Shown here: positions 1-10,798 of the stretch, in pieces
How the letters are laid out: each line of letters starts with the position of its first letter
How positions within the stretch are numbered: position 1 is the first letter of the stretch
Source of the DNA: Auanema rhodensis
Lineage: Eukaryota; Animalia; Nematoda
Length of the DNA: 64,000 nucleotides
Direction: 5' to 3'
NCBI GenBank assembly: GCA_964057225.1
Contig: OZ059899.1
Span: 10,974,001 to 11,038,000, forward strand
The notes under the pieces: model-generated
The model's database searches: none
Told to the model about the DNA's origin: nothing
The model's input: only the letters and a program-made list of their open reading frames with translations
Program-made: the position numbers and the translations under genes

Positions 1-149
1 CGAGAAGAGATCAGTCTTACATTTTTAACGTTCGCAGTCAGTGATTCTATTCCGTGCTTGTCTTGTTAATTCATCAATAAACCCTTTTCTACATATTCGC
101 TTTGTGTTTTATTTCCAACCATACTATACACTTGCGGTATAACGCCACA
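1..149 (+). repeat. 5' LTR of element 1 (partial)
   Basis: Identical to 9401-9549; ends CGCCACA; AATAAA at 76-81. Confidence 0.95.
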
Positions 150-152
150 AAT

Positions 153-164
153 TGGTGCATCGGC
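153..164 (+). promoter_or_regulatory. Primer binding site, tRNA-Gly(GCC)
   Basis: TGGTGCATCGGC 3 nt after the LTR; complementary to the ...CGATGCACCA 3' end of metazoan tRNA-Gly(GCC) (recalled sequence). Confidence 0.8.
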
Positions 165-427
165 TAGTTCAGATCTTAGCCGCTTCAAGTCCCGCGTGGC
201 AGGTGAGATACAGCTCAAACCAAGCGTGTTTGAGCAAAAAACATACTTAATAGAAATCGTGGCAACCATTAGTCCACGTCAAGTCACACCAAAAAGACTT
301 GAACCATAAGCAAACTCTGCAGACAGAAACAGAGATTCACTATCACATATACTGTGATCACCAAACAAACAAAAAAAAAAGAGAAAGTAAAAGGAATATA
401 AGCGTTATTCCTACATCTACGACAAAA

Positions 428-3400
428 ATGTCACTCCTTTTTGTCAATCATATCAAACAGTCTAACCAGTTTCTCGGAGAATTACTTACACGATACGAGA
501 TGGAAGTGAAGGACCTTCCTGGTATTCTGGTAGATTGCGACTTCCACACTGAGGAAGAAGAGGAAACCCTCTCTTGCCTTATCATTCGCTGGACAAAAGT
601 CCAACACCAATTCAAAGAATCGTTGAAAAATCATCAAGATAACGAGAAAAAATTCCAAAAATTTTACGAAGCATCAGACAAAACGCTTCGTAAAGCATTA
701 GACGAACAGTATATCGCCTTCACATCCGATGAAGACTTTGAACCCAACATTAAAAAGGTTCAAAACGCCATTATTGAGCTTGACGAACACATCATGAAAG
801 CCGAACGCATACTTAGAAAGCTGAGAAAAACGCTTCATAAGAATGAATCTGAGCACAACAGCAATCGCTCAACAGAAAACAATGAAACAGAAAACAAATC
901 GAATGATCAATTTCTGGAAATTATCAAGTCATTCCTACACATCCAACAAACTAGTATCCAAAAACCAGCGATGTCGCTACCTACATTTGATGGCAAACCA
1001 GAGAACTTCAAATCATTCTGGGGCCGTTTTGATAGACTTGTTCATGATAATGAACAGTTTACAACCTTAGAAAAGGTAAACCTACTCTGTGAAAGCCTCA
1101 AAGGCGATTCACAAATAGCAATCAGAGGAATAGAACCCTCTGCTCAAAATTATGAGCTTATGCGTGAAGCATTAGTTTCTGAATTTGGAGACTATTCGTC
1201 GGATATCAACTCTCTTTTGACACAACTACGTAATTTGAAATTTGCAAGCAATAATGCAAAAGCATGCAAAGAAACATTTGGAGAAACCAAGGCACTTATC
1301 AGGCAAATTGAAGCAGCCGGAGCTACAGTATCCCGCGAAATGTGTACCGCGATGATTCTCAACAAATTCCCATACCACATCGTGGAAGACATTCTAATTC
1401 ATCCAAACAACTACCATTCTACTAAAGAAATGCTGACAGCTGTAGACCACAAAATCTATTCCTTTTTTCTAAAAGAACAAACAAGAAATAGTCATGAACA
1501 AAAGTTTCGAAATCACAAAGACAATGTCACATCTGTTTCACATAAAGACAGCACTGCAGAACAACGGAAAACCCAAACTTGGCCATGTGTCTTTTGCGAC
1601 TCATCCGAGCATCGTTTTTATCAATGCACCACATTTGAAACACCAGAGAAAAGAAGGTACCGCATTCGCGGAAAGGCCATCTGTTGGATTTGCTTTTCCG
1701 ATAAACACAAAAGTTCGGAATGCAGAAAACAAAAATGTCGCAATTGCCAAGGAGATCATAATTCCGCCTTGTGCTCACAAGGAAGAAAAAGTGTACAAAA
1801 TATCCAAAAAGATAAAGAAACTCCCACAATTAAAAAAGATCAGGCTTTACTGATCACCACAGAAGAATTATTGAATAAAAAAACAACAGAATATAAACAA
1901 GAATCTGACACTAATAATCGAATCCCTACTGAGGCACTTAATGCACCAGTATCGCTTAATCACATTGCTGACACACATAATATTGAAGAAAGTCAAGTAA
2001 TATTACGAACAGCAATGGCGAACATATACAACCACAATAGTAAAAAATATGAGCAAGTACGCATGCTCATAGATGAAGGATCCATGAGATCTTTTATATC
2101 CAAGGACCTATCTACAAGATTAGGACTGCCCATTCTTGGTTCTCAGAAGAGAACCTTTTACGGCATTGGAGCATTATCAGAAACACATGAAGTTGAAGAT
2201 GTTAAGGTAATTATTGGAACCTCAACTGGATCCCTTATCGTAACAAAACTGTTCACAAAACCCATGTTAACCACACCTATACGGTGTCCTAAACTATCTA
2301 ATGAAGACTTAAAATTCATACAAAGAAGAAAAATTAAATTAGCCAATCCAAAAACAAACGGAGAATCATTTACTCCGGATATACTGATAGGTATGGATAG
2401 ATACAAACTATTCATGCACTTAAACGAAGAAACCGAACTCCCCTCACGTATGAGATTGAAAAACTCGGTATTCGGCCACATGATACATGGGGAAGCTCCT
2501 CTTCCCGATGATAATACACAACAAGAAGTAATATTATGCTCTACATTAGAAGAGATAACAAAAGAAACCTCTCATAAAGAACTCCTCACTAATCTGTTTG
2601 AACTGGATTCTATCGGCATCAATACAGAAAATGCCAACGCAGACCGCACTATTGATTACTATGAAGAATACTCAAAAGATATAAAAATTGAGAACAACCG
2701 TATTATTGCACCGTTCCCGTTAAAAAATAACTTCAAAAATCTCAAAAACAACAAAATGCCCGCGTACCATAGATTCGTATCCCTATGGCGAAAGTTACTG
2801 CACAATCCAGAAATGCTCTCACACTATACTACAACCATTGAAAGTTACCTCAAAGATAACATTGTCGAACAAATTCCCAACAATCACCAGGAGCCTTTAG
2901 AGTTTTATATGCCCCACCATGGGGTTTGGAAGCCCAGCAAGGCTAACCCTCTCAGAATCGTTTTTGACGCCTCCGCTAAACAGAAGGATAGCCCATCGTT
3001 GAATGAGATAATACACACAGGACGATCATTTATCACATATATACACGACATCATGATCTCCTGCAGAACAAGACCAATAATAATAACATGCGATATTAAA
3101 GCCGCATTTCTACAAGTACAATTGACAGAAAATCACAAGAATTTATGCAAATTCTTTTGGATAAAAAACAAAGAATACCCAATATCACACAATAATATCA
3201 TAACCCTTCGATTCAACAGATTACCATTCGGTATCACTGCATCCCCCAGCGTATTGAACATGGGCATAAAATGGTTCTTAGAATCAAAAGTAGACAACCC
3301 ATTAGCTATGGAAATCCTGCACAACTTATACGTCGACAATATCATTCTTACAGCAAATACAACCGAAGAAGCTATAAAGAAATGTAAAGAAACCCAAACA

Positions 3401-6400
3401 CTATTCTCAGAAATAAACATGCATGTTCGCGAATTCTTGTCAAACGATGAACAAGTAATACAGAACCTTCCTGAAGAAGACAGATATCCGAACATGACAA
3501 CCAAAATACTTGGCATATCTTTTAATAAAGAACACGACTCCTTCATTATCCCAATAAAAATAACAACGACTCACACAAGTTACACCAAGAGAATTCTACT
3601 CAGTCAGTTACATTCAATATTTGATCCCATTGGATTATCAGCACCAATACTGTTACCCCTCAAACTTATCTTGCGAGAAATCATTAGCACAAAATTATCA
3701 TGGGACCAACCCATTGACTCAAACAGTATCAAGCAATGGGAACAACATATTACTCAGATTAACAATAAGCAATTAACCATGAACAGATATTTTAAGTTTT
3801 CTGAACATGAAACACAGTTATGGGTCTTCGCTGACGCAAGCAACCAAGCAATGGCCGCTTGTTCATATTTCCAAACAAATGGGAAGATTAGTTCTCTGCT
3901 AAACGGGAAATCACGCATAGCACCCAAAAATAAAACTACAATTCCACGATTAGAGTTACTAGCCATTCGTTTAGCTGTACGAATGGCATTATCTATCGTC
4001 ACCATATGTCCGAAAATAGCGAAAGTTAACATTGTGAGCGATAGCAACATCGCACTATCATGGATTGTCTCACAAAAATCTCTCCCACTGTTCATTAATA
4101 ATCAAACAAATACTATAAAGAAACAGCTCAAGCAAATCGAACAAATATGTTGCAATATAGAACTATATCACGTACAAACCTCGTTCAACACAGCAGACAT
4201 CGGATCTCGAGGTGCAGACATGGAAAAACTACAAGTTTCCGACTGGATTGAAGGCCCACATTGGTTAACTAAACTTTCCGTGCATAACCCTCTGACATCA
4301 CTCGGCTCACCTAACAACTCGAGCAGGAATAACGCAGAATTAAAATCGGAGCATCACAATGTTGTCCACATAATCATAGACAATCCTCCAACCCATGATA
4401 TTTGGAACATTCGTGAAAACTATGATGACGTGATCAAAACAATGACAACCGTAGGGAAATTATTCAAGAAATGGTTTTTCACAGTCCATCCTAACGACGC
4501 CAACAAGTTGCAAAAAATAAAACATCTCACATCAACAGACACGCACACTGTTGAAGACATCAACATTATTGAAAAAATTTTGATCAGTAACAGTCAATCT
4601 AATATGAGCCTTGATGACTTACAGCAAAGACATATAAATCTAAAATTCTTCAAAGATACATGGGATATTTATCGCGTAAGAAGCCGTTTACAAAATACTC
4701 TTCTTCCCGAAGAGACGAAAAACCCTATATTCCTTCTTAAAACAAACCCCATAGTTAAAAAACTGATCAACAAAATACACAAAGACAATAATCATCAAGG
4801 CAAACATTTCACGCTTATTCAACTCAGACAAAAGTTCTATATACCAAAAATAACCGGAGTCATTAAGCAAACATTGAAAAACTGTGTGACATGTAAAAGA
4901 TTTCAATCACACCCTTATGAATTACCAGATATGCCATCGCTACCAAAAGATAGAACGATTCTTACAAGAGCATTCTTTTCAACAGGGTGTGATCTTATGG
5001 GCCCCTTCACCCTTCGAAATGGGTCTAAAGTCCATATCTGTCTGTTTACATGCATGACAACTAGAGCAATTCACTTAGAGGTAGTCACCAATCAATCCAC
5101 AGTTGCTTTTATGAATGCATTCACTAGATTTATATCACGCAGAGGTACTCCAGAAATTATGCGTAGTGACTGCGCAGGAAACTTTATATTGAGCTCAAAA
5201 ATATTAGAAACCCTTGAAAAAACATCGGATTACAACGAAAGAAGCTTACTAAACACACTAGCACAACAAAAAATTAAATGGATATACAACACTCCATTAT
5301 CACCCTGGAAAGGTGGATGTTGGGAACGTTTAGTAGGTGTAACCAAAGCTTCACTCAAAAAATGTTTCATTCCTAGTCGAATGTCCCTGGATGACTTACA
5401 CACAGCCATTGTAAAAATAGAAGCTATAATTAATACACGCCCACTCACCCATCCACACCCAGATAATTTAGATACTCTACCCATAAGGCCAATTGACTTT
5501 TTAACATCAGCCATAAAGTTTTCATTACCTGAAAACAACGCGGATACTCATATATTTGATATCCATAGTGATATTCAAACGATTCAATCAACAGAGCAAG
5601 CGCTAGAAGCGCTTCAATTATCAGAAGACTCAGCATCTAAATTTTGGAAACGATTTCAAGAAGAATATCTAACAAGCTTAAAAGATATATTTAAGCATAA
5701 ACACCATAGAAAGAATCACACAAACATCTTCCCCCAACCAGATGAAATAGTATTGATACAAAACGACATGTTGCCACGAGGAACATGGAAACTAGGTCGC
5801 ATCATTGAAACAATCACTAGTTCAGATGGCAACATACGTTCAGCAAAAGTTGCAACAAGCAACGGAAACATAATTATTCGATCCATCAATCAGCTCTATC
5901 CACTAGAGATAAGATGCAACACTAACAGCAACAAAATCATAGAAGACAACTCACACATAGTTCAAGAAAATAATAGCTCAACAGATAGAACCCCACATAC
6001 TGATATTGTATTAGACAATATACTTTTCGATCATCCTATAGAACATACAGATCAAACAATACATGAGAATAAAGACATAAATGATGTTAGCCATAATTAC
6101 GATATTGCATATGACTCAGATAACTCTCAACATGATAATACATACACTCCAGAAACAGAGAATAATGAGGATGCAACAAATGATCGACCTCAAAATAAGA
6201 CAAAACAATCATCAGTAAAAACAGCAAAACATACAGAACAAGATGATGTCACTGAGAAGGAAATTATAAAAGCCTTCCCACTAAAAATGTCCTATGCTAC
6301 ACACCAAAGAAAAAATAAAATAAACCCAAAAGTAGCAGCTGACATAATGAAAGCGCTTTCCTTACCGATTATAATTACTTCGACATATGCCGAAGAAATC

Positions 6401-8359
6401 AATAGTTGCAAGGACTCTAACATGTTCACCACAAAACTTATAGCGAATCCTCATTGCTCCCCAGAAATGGCAACATGGACAGTGCTAATAACCATTATGG
6501 CAGTTACCCTCATAGTCTCTTGTCTATGCCGCATGGGCTACAGCCAATATAGATATAAGACATGGTCCAAAAACACTCAAACCATGCTCAACATCATGAA
6601 ATTAAAACATAAAACAATCTCCGAACAAGAAGATCATGAAACTGATCAAAAAATAACAGAAGACCACAATGATACGTTGCAATTAAAACAAACGAACACA
6701 CAAGACGCTAATATTGTGGATCATGAAACCTTTCAAAAGCATATTTACCCTATTTTAAACCATACGAGAAAGCCACCAAAATTCTCTCTCTTTACTAGAG
6801 GGTCGCAAACATCTTTACCATCGTTACTGGCAATCATCTTGGCTTTATGTATTGGAAGCTGCAGTTCATGTTCCGATGTTCATGTTCAACACTTCGTTAA
6901 CATACGATGCGATGACAACTTAGCTTGTTATCACGAATACAGTCAAGATATCATATTTTCTCCCGGAACAAAACAATTATGCATTACCATAACGCATTCT
7001 AATCATGAAATTGGTCAATTTAAAATAACTAAACTATATACTGAACATGTCTGCCAAAAGAATACTAGATACTTCACTAGACAGACAACCGTCAACATAT
7101 TGAGCATATTACGATGCCGTCACCGGGGCTCGTGTGACGGAACATGTGAAACTAACTCGCTCCATAATAAAATCGAGGAACTACAACCATATACGTTCCC
7201 TTCACAATCAGGTTGCTTCACATCGTCAGCGAGATTTTACACATGTCCTATGATTTGGACAGATCCTTGTCTTTTCTACAAAATAGAGCATATACCCGTC
7301 ACTGAGGAAGTATACGAAGTCTATACTTGTGATAGTTGGTCCACCCAAACCGTATTTAATATAGAAACAACATTACTCCAGCAGAAAAATAATTACAATA
7401 TCACTCTACAACCTTACACGAAAAATCGTGAACAACTTTTCAATATAACAACGTTTTCACAATCACAACCTCCTCCAGAAATGTACACAAAATTATTTTT
7501 TTCCTCCAAAGAAAACACGTACATTACGGATATACACACAAAGGGAATAATTCAATGTGCAACAGAGGAAGCCGCATTAAAACATTTTAATAACTGTACA
7601 GTATCCTCATTCTGCCCTTGCACATTCAATAGATTTGATGAAATAAAATGTAGGTGTGATACCCCTACTTTTGAAAAAATGTCCAATACATCAGACATAA
7701 AATCTCCTAACCAAAACTTTAAAACTAAAGATAACACGTTATCATTCTCTACGAATTTAGACGAAAATTTAGTTACGGTCGATTCATCCCTATTCTTAAA
7801 CTCAGTGATTTTCTCCAACAATTTGCCTTGCGCACCTGCCCTGACAAAACTATCAGGTTGCTACTCCTGCGGGCAGGGTGCATTCGCAGAATTCCAATGC
7901 CTTACGGCAGAAGAAACATGGATTTCTATCGAATGTCAAAAAGAAGTATTCATGATAAAATGCTCTCCAAAAGTAGCAATCACAAAAGTAACAATGAAAA
8001 GAGAAAATTCTCAGATTGATGAATTATGCTATACCACATGCGACAATAAAAAAATTAAGATCATTATTAAAGGAATATTACATCACATAGCAAGCATAGA
8101 TGAAATAAACGAAAGTGACTCAAGTAAGGGTACAGAATCCAAATCCATTGACTTCGCTCCAATCTTCAAGTTAATTTTATCAAAGTTGGGAATCATATTG
8201 ATAGGCGTTGCAATAACCGCCACCATAGGATATGTGGCATGTACACCCATCATGTACTGTGTAGTTTTGAATACAGTCTTAACCACACAATGGATAGCTA
8301 CCAGGATATTCACACTGTGGATAAAATCAAAAGCCTTATTTCGGGATCAAAGATTTTAA
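428..8359 (+). CDS. BEL/Pao Gag-Pol-Env polyprotein
   Basis: Frame open from 299, first ATG at 428. Gag LPTFDG..FWGRF, three Cys/His knuckles, protease LIDEGS, RT YVDN, RNase H FADAS, integrase HHCC + DLMGP/SDCAGNF/WERLV, then Cys-rich glycoprotein with C-terminal TM. Confidence 0.95.
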   Translation: MSLLFVNHIKQSNQFLGELLTRYEMEVKDLPGILVDCDFHTEEEEETLSCLIIRWTKVQHQFKESLKNHQDNEKKFQKFYEASDKTLRKALDEQYIAFTSDEDFEPNIKKVQNAIIELDEHIMKAERILRKLRKTLHKNESEHNSNRSTENNETENKSNDQFLEIIKSFLHIQQTSIQKPAMSLPTFDGKPENFKSFWGRFDRLVHDNEQFTTLEKVNLLCESLKGDSQIAIRGIEPSAQNYELMREALVSEFGDYSSDINSLLTQLRNLKFASNNAKACKETFGETKALIRQIEAAGATVSREMCTAMILNKFPYHIVEDILIHPNNYHSTKEMLTAVDHKIYSFFLKEQTRNSHEQKFRNHKDNVTSVSHKDSTAEQRKTQTWPCVFCDSSEHRFYQCTTFETPEKRRYRIRGKAICWICFSDKHKSSECRKQKCRNCQGDHNSALCSQGRKSVQNIQKDKETPTIKKDQALLITTEELLNKKTTEYKQESDTNNRIPTEALNAPVSLNHIADTHNIEESQVILRTAMANIYNHNSKKYEQVRMLIDEGSMRSFISKDLSTRLGLPILGSQKRTFYGIGALSETHEVEDVKVIIGTSTGSLIVTKLFTKPMLTTPIRCPKLSNEDLKFIQRRKIKLANPKTNGESFTPDILIGMDRYKLFMHLNEETELPSRMRLKNSVFGHMIHGEAPLPDDNTQQEVILCSTLEEITKETSHKELLTNLFELDSIGINTENANADRTIDYYEEYSKDIKIENNRIIAPFPLKNNFKNLKNNKMPAYHRFVSLWRKLLHNPEMLSHYTTTIESYLKDNIVEQIPNNHQEPLEFYMPHHGVWKPSKANPLRIVFDASAKQKDSPSLNEIIHTGRSFITYIHDIMISCRTRPIIITCDIKAAFLQVQLTENHKNLCKFFWIKNKEYPISHNNIITLRFNRLPFGITASPSVLNMGIKWFLESKVDNPLAMEILHNLYVDNIILTANTTEEAIKKCKETQTLFSEINMHVREFLSNDEQVIQNLPEEDRYPNMTTKILGISFNKEHDSFIIPIKITTTHTSYTKRILLSQLHSIFDPIGLSAPILLPLKLILREIISTKLSWDQPIDSNSIKQWEQHITQINNKQLTMNRYFKFSEHETQLWVFADASNQAMAACSYFQTNGKISSLLNGKSRIAPKNKTTIPRLELLAIRLAVRMALSIVTICPKIAKVNIVSDSNIALSWIVSQKSLPLFINNQTNTIKKQLKQIEQICCNIELYHVQTSFNTADIGSRGADMEKLQVSDWIEGPHWLTKLSVHNPLTSLGSPNNSSRNNAELKSEHHNVVHIIIDNPPTHDIWNIRENYDDVIKTMTTVGKLFKKWFFTVHPNDANKLQKIKHLTSTDTHTVEDINIIEKILISNSQSNMSLDDLQQRHINLKFFKDTWDIYRVRSRLQNTLLPEETKNPIFLLKTNPIVKKLINKIHKDNNHQGKHFTLIQLRQKFYIPKITGVIKQTLKNCVTCKRFQSHPYELPDMPSLPKDRTILTRAFFSTGCDLMGPFTLRNGSKVHICLFTCMTTRAIHLEVVTNQSTVAFMNAFTRFISRRGTPEIMRSDCAGNFILSSKILETLEKTSDYNERSLLNTLAQQKIKWIYNTPLSPWKGGCWERLVGVTKASLKKCFIPSRMSLDDLHTAIVKIEAIINTRPLTHPHPDNLDTLPIRPIDFLTSAIKFSLPENNADTHIFDIHSDIQTIQSTEQALEALQLSEDSASKFWKRFQEEYLTSLKDIFKHKHHRKNHTNIFPQPDEIVLIQNDMLPRGTWKLGRIIETITSSDGNIRSAKVATSNGNIIIRSINQLYPLEIRCNTNSNKIIEDNSHIVQENNSSTDRTPHTDIVLDNILFDHPIEHTDQTIHENKDINDVSHNYDIAYDSDNSQHDNTYTPETENNEDATNDRPQNKTKQSSVKTAKHTEQDDVTEKEIIKAFPLKMSYATHQRKNKINPKVAADIMKALSLPIIITSTYAEEINSCKDSNMFTTKLIANPHCSPEMATWTVLITIMAVTLIVSCLCRMGYSQYRYKTWSKNTQTMLNIMKLKHKTISEQEDHETDQKITEDHNDTLQLKQTNTQDANIVDHETFQKHIYPILNHTRKPPKFSLFTRGSQTSLPSLLAIILALCIGSCSSCSDVHVQHFVNIRCDDNLACYHEYSQDIIFSPGTKQLCITITHSNHEIGQFKITKLYTEHVCQKNTRYFTRQTTVNILSILRCRHRGSCDGTCETNSLHNKIEELQPYTFPSQSGCFTSSARFYTCPMIWTDPCLFYKIEHIPVTEEVYEVYTCDSWSTQTVFNIETTLLQQKNNYNITLQPYTKNREQLFNITTFSQSQPPPEMYTKLFFSSKENTYITDIHTKGIIQCATEEAALKHFNNCTVSSFCPCTFNRFDEIKCRCDTPTFEKMSNTSDIKSPNQNFKTKDNTLSFSTNLDENLVTVDSSLFLNSVIFSNNLPCAPALTKLSGCYSCGQGAFAEFQCLTAEETWISIECQKEVFMIKCSPKVAITKVTMKRENSQIDELCYTTCDNKKIKIIIKGILHHIASIDEINESDSSKGTESKSIDFAPIFKLILSKLGIILIGVAITATIGYVACTPIMYCVVLNTVLTTQWIATRIFTLWIKSKALFRDQRF
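6869..8359 (+). other. Phlebovirus Gc (G2)-like class II fusion glycoprotein domain
   Basis: Signal peptide LLAIILALCIGSCSS|CSD, then RCRHRGSC, CLFY, YEVYTCDSW, LSGCYSCGQGA and TM LGIILIGVAITATIGYV; the pattern of nematode BEL env proteins. Confidence 0.88.
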
Positions 8360-8700
8360 AAGCATAAGAGAAGAATTTCTTGTGGAGATTAAATTTAAAA
8401 TTAAAAATTGAAATAATAATGAAACAAAAGAAAAAGAAAGCATTATGTACGAATATAACCATTGTAATAAAACAATATCATTGTTTTTCTTTCTTTTCAA
8501 TTTATGGTAGTATCAAGTTTCTTTTATCCAACTCAGTTACATAACACATAACCTTTTGTACAGGCTCTAAAATTCATTGTATCTGTAACAAGATAACCTA
8601 AACACACCATTGTACAATAAACTAATAGATGTTAATCAGCGTTTAAAGTCCAGATGTGAACATGTATATAAGGATGCAGCTCATGTTTCTCCTATATTCC

Positions 8701-9168
8701 ATGAAAATGGAAGATATTGTCTCGAATATAATTGAGAATGCTTCCTTTGAGGAAGAGCTCAAAAAATATTCCCATCTACCTAACACTGCTGCCAATCTGA
8801 GGCAACTAATTGTGCTTGAAAAGAGGCTCTACGAGCACCTAGCTAGCGCGGTGAACCATCTATCCGAACGACTGGACAATATTCAACATTCGTTAAATCT
8901 GAAACTAGACAATTTGACCATTCAGACTGCTCCTAAAGCTTCATGTGTATTCTGCAATAAACCGACAGCTGATGGGCACCGTACTGCGGCCTGTCCGATT
9001 TATCCTTCCTCACCGGAACGCACTCTCCGTCTTCATGAACTGGGGTTATGCATCAGATGTTTGAATCAAAAACATCCAGCGATTTGCGAGGTATCCTGCT
9101 ATAGATGTAAGGCGGATACGCATCATGGAGTGGTTTGTGGTGATATAAAACGTAAAAGACCTTTGTAG
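8701..9168 (+). CDS. Accessory 3' ORF of element 1: helical N-terminus plus triple Cys/His zinc knuckle
   Basis: CVFC..H..C, CIRC..H..C, CYRC..H..C mirror the Gag knuckles; start uncertain (frame open from 8656). Confidence 0.75.
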   Translation: MKMEDIVSNIIENASFEEELKKYSHLPNTAANLRQLIVLEKRLYEHLASAVNHLSERLDNIQHSLNLKLDNLTIQTAPKASCVFCNKPTADGHRTAACPIYPSSPERTLRLHELGLCIRCLNQKHPAICEVSCYRCKADTHHGVVCGDIKRKRPL

Positions 9169-9198
9169 GCCTTCTTCTCATTTCCGCATTGCCGGGAG

Positions 9199-9549
9199 TG
9201 TCGCGATAAGCGAGTGAGTTTGTATAAATTTTATCTTCAACAATTGTTTTATTTGTCTCTCCTGTTCTCTCCCTCTCTCTCTCTCTCTCTCTCTCCTCTT
9301 TCTTCTTTCTTGTAACTTCCTAAGTAATTTTTATCCATACCACATGTTGTGTTATACATGTGGCATGACTAACTCTTTGTTTCAGGCTGACGACCGCCCA
9401 CGAGAAGAGATCAGTCTTACATTTTTAACGTTCGCAGTCAGTGATTCTATTCCGTGCTTGTCTTGTTAATTCATCAATAAACCCTTTTCTACATATTCGC
9501 TTTGTGTTTTATTTCCAACCATACTATACACTTGCGGTATAACGCCACA
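9199..9549 (+). repeat. 3' LTR of element 1 (351 bp)
   Basis: TGTCGCG...CGCCACA termini, preceded by short purine run GGGAG; TATAAA 9223-9228, (CT)n 9273-9294, AATAAA 9476-9481. Confidence 0.92.
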
Positions 9550-10048
9550 ATCGTGGTCAGCATTTTACAACATTGATAAAATAGAAACTGAGAAAAAACA
9601 TCAACAAATGACACTATTAACTTGGTTTTTTGAACAGCTTTTTTATATTTCTTTTTTCACTATGAGAGAACTTATATTTATTGCTTTTTCAAAATTTTCC
9701 ATTTTTAACATTATACATCTTGACTATCACACATTGAGAACAACAGTTGGCAATGTTGGTTGTCACGTCATATTTCATGCAGTTAGATTTTCAGACACAT
9801 TAATACCTTTAACCATTCTTCTTATGAGTTTTGTAACGATAGATCGTAATAGGATATGAATTGCTATAATATGAAAAAATACAAGACATAGTCAACATTG
9901 ATTTCCCCAAATAGTATCATGTTTGCTTGTTATTCAATTAGAACACTTTTTTTTTGATTGTTTTCTTGAAATATTCTTTTTTTTCTTTAACAAAGTTATG
10001 ACTGAGATCAAAATTTGAACTTACTTTTGAACAATTAAACAGAAATTT

Positions 10049-10054
10049 AAAAAA
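10049..10054 (-). terminator. Pol III T6 terminator (present in each tRNA-bearing unit)
   Basis: TTTTTT 4 nt after the tRNA discriminator on the minus strand. Confidence 0.85.
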
Positions 10055-10058
10055 TATT

Positions 10059-10132
10059 TGCCGCGAGCAGGGGTCGAACCTGCGACCTTGGGCTTATTAG
10101 ACCCACGCTCTAACCGACTGAGCTATGGCGGC
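10059..10132 (-). tRNA. trnI: tRNA-Ile(AAT), acceptor-stem variant
   Basis: Consensus GCCGCCA TA GCTC AGTCGGTTA GAGC G TGGGT CT AAT AA GCCCA AGGTC GCAGG TTCGACC CCTGC TGGCGGC A folds as a cloverleaf; this copy has one acceptor mismatch. Confidence 0.9.
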
Positions 10133-10724
10133 TACGAAAGTACGAAATAACAAAGCGCTGATTATAGGAAACGTGAATGAATGCAGATATTCTCAATTCC
10201 GATTCATTAACTAGATCGTGGTCAGCATTTTACAACATTGATAAAATAGAAACTGAGAAAAAAACATCAACAAATGACACTATTAACTTGGTTTTTTTAA
10301 CAGCTTTTTTATATTTCTTTTTTCACTATGAGAGAACTTATATTTATTGCTTTTTCAAAATTTTCCATTTTTAACATTATACATCTTGACTATCACACAT
10401 TGAGAACAACAGTTGGCAATGTTGGTTGTCACGTCATATTTCATGCAGTTAGATTTTCAGACACATTAATACCTTTAACCATTCTTCTTATGAGTTTTGT
10501 AACGATAGATCGTAATAGGATATGAATTGCTATAATATGAAAAAATACAAGACATAGTCAACATTGATTTCCAAAAATAGTATCATGTTTGCTTGTTATT
10601 CAATTAGAACACTTATTTTTTGATTGTTTTCTTGAAATATTCTTTTTTTTCTTTAACAAAGTTATGACTGAGATCAAAATTTGAACTTACTTTTGAACAA
10701 TTAAACAGAAATTTAAAAAATATT

Positions 10725-10798
10725 TGCCGCCAGCAGGGGTCGAACCTGCGACCTTGGGCTTATTAGACCCACGCTCTAACCGACTGAGCTATGGCGGC
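10725..10798 (-). tRNA. trnI: tRNA-Ile(AAT)
   Basis: Consensus cloverleaf. Confidence 0.96.

Larger units (their letters stand above)
1..9549 (+). mobile_element. BEL/Pao (Belpaoviridae) LTR retroelement with env; 5' LTR cut by window edge (element 1)
   Basis: 1-149 identical to 9401-9549; PBS after the LTR; single gag-PR-RT-RH-IN-env ORF with BEL-type motifs; 3' end abuts the tRNA-array unit at ATCGTGG. Confidence 0.96.

Noticed and set aside
66-269. 67-aa minus-strand ORF over the element 1 LTR/PBS, and ORFs within gypsy LTRs and UTRs
   Set aside because: Non-coding LTR/UTR context, no homology signal.
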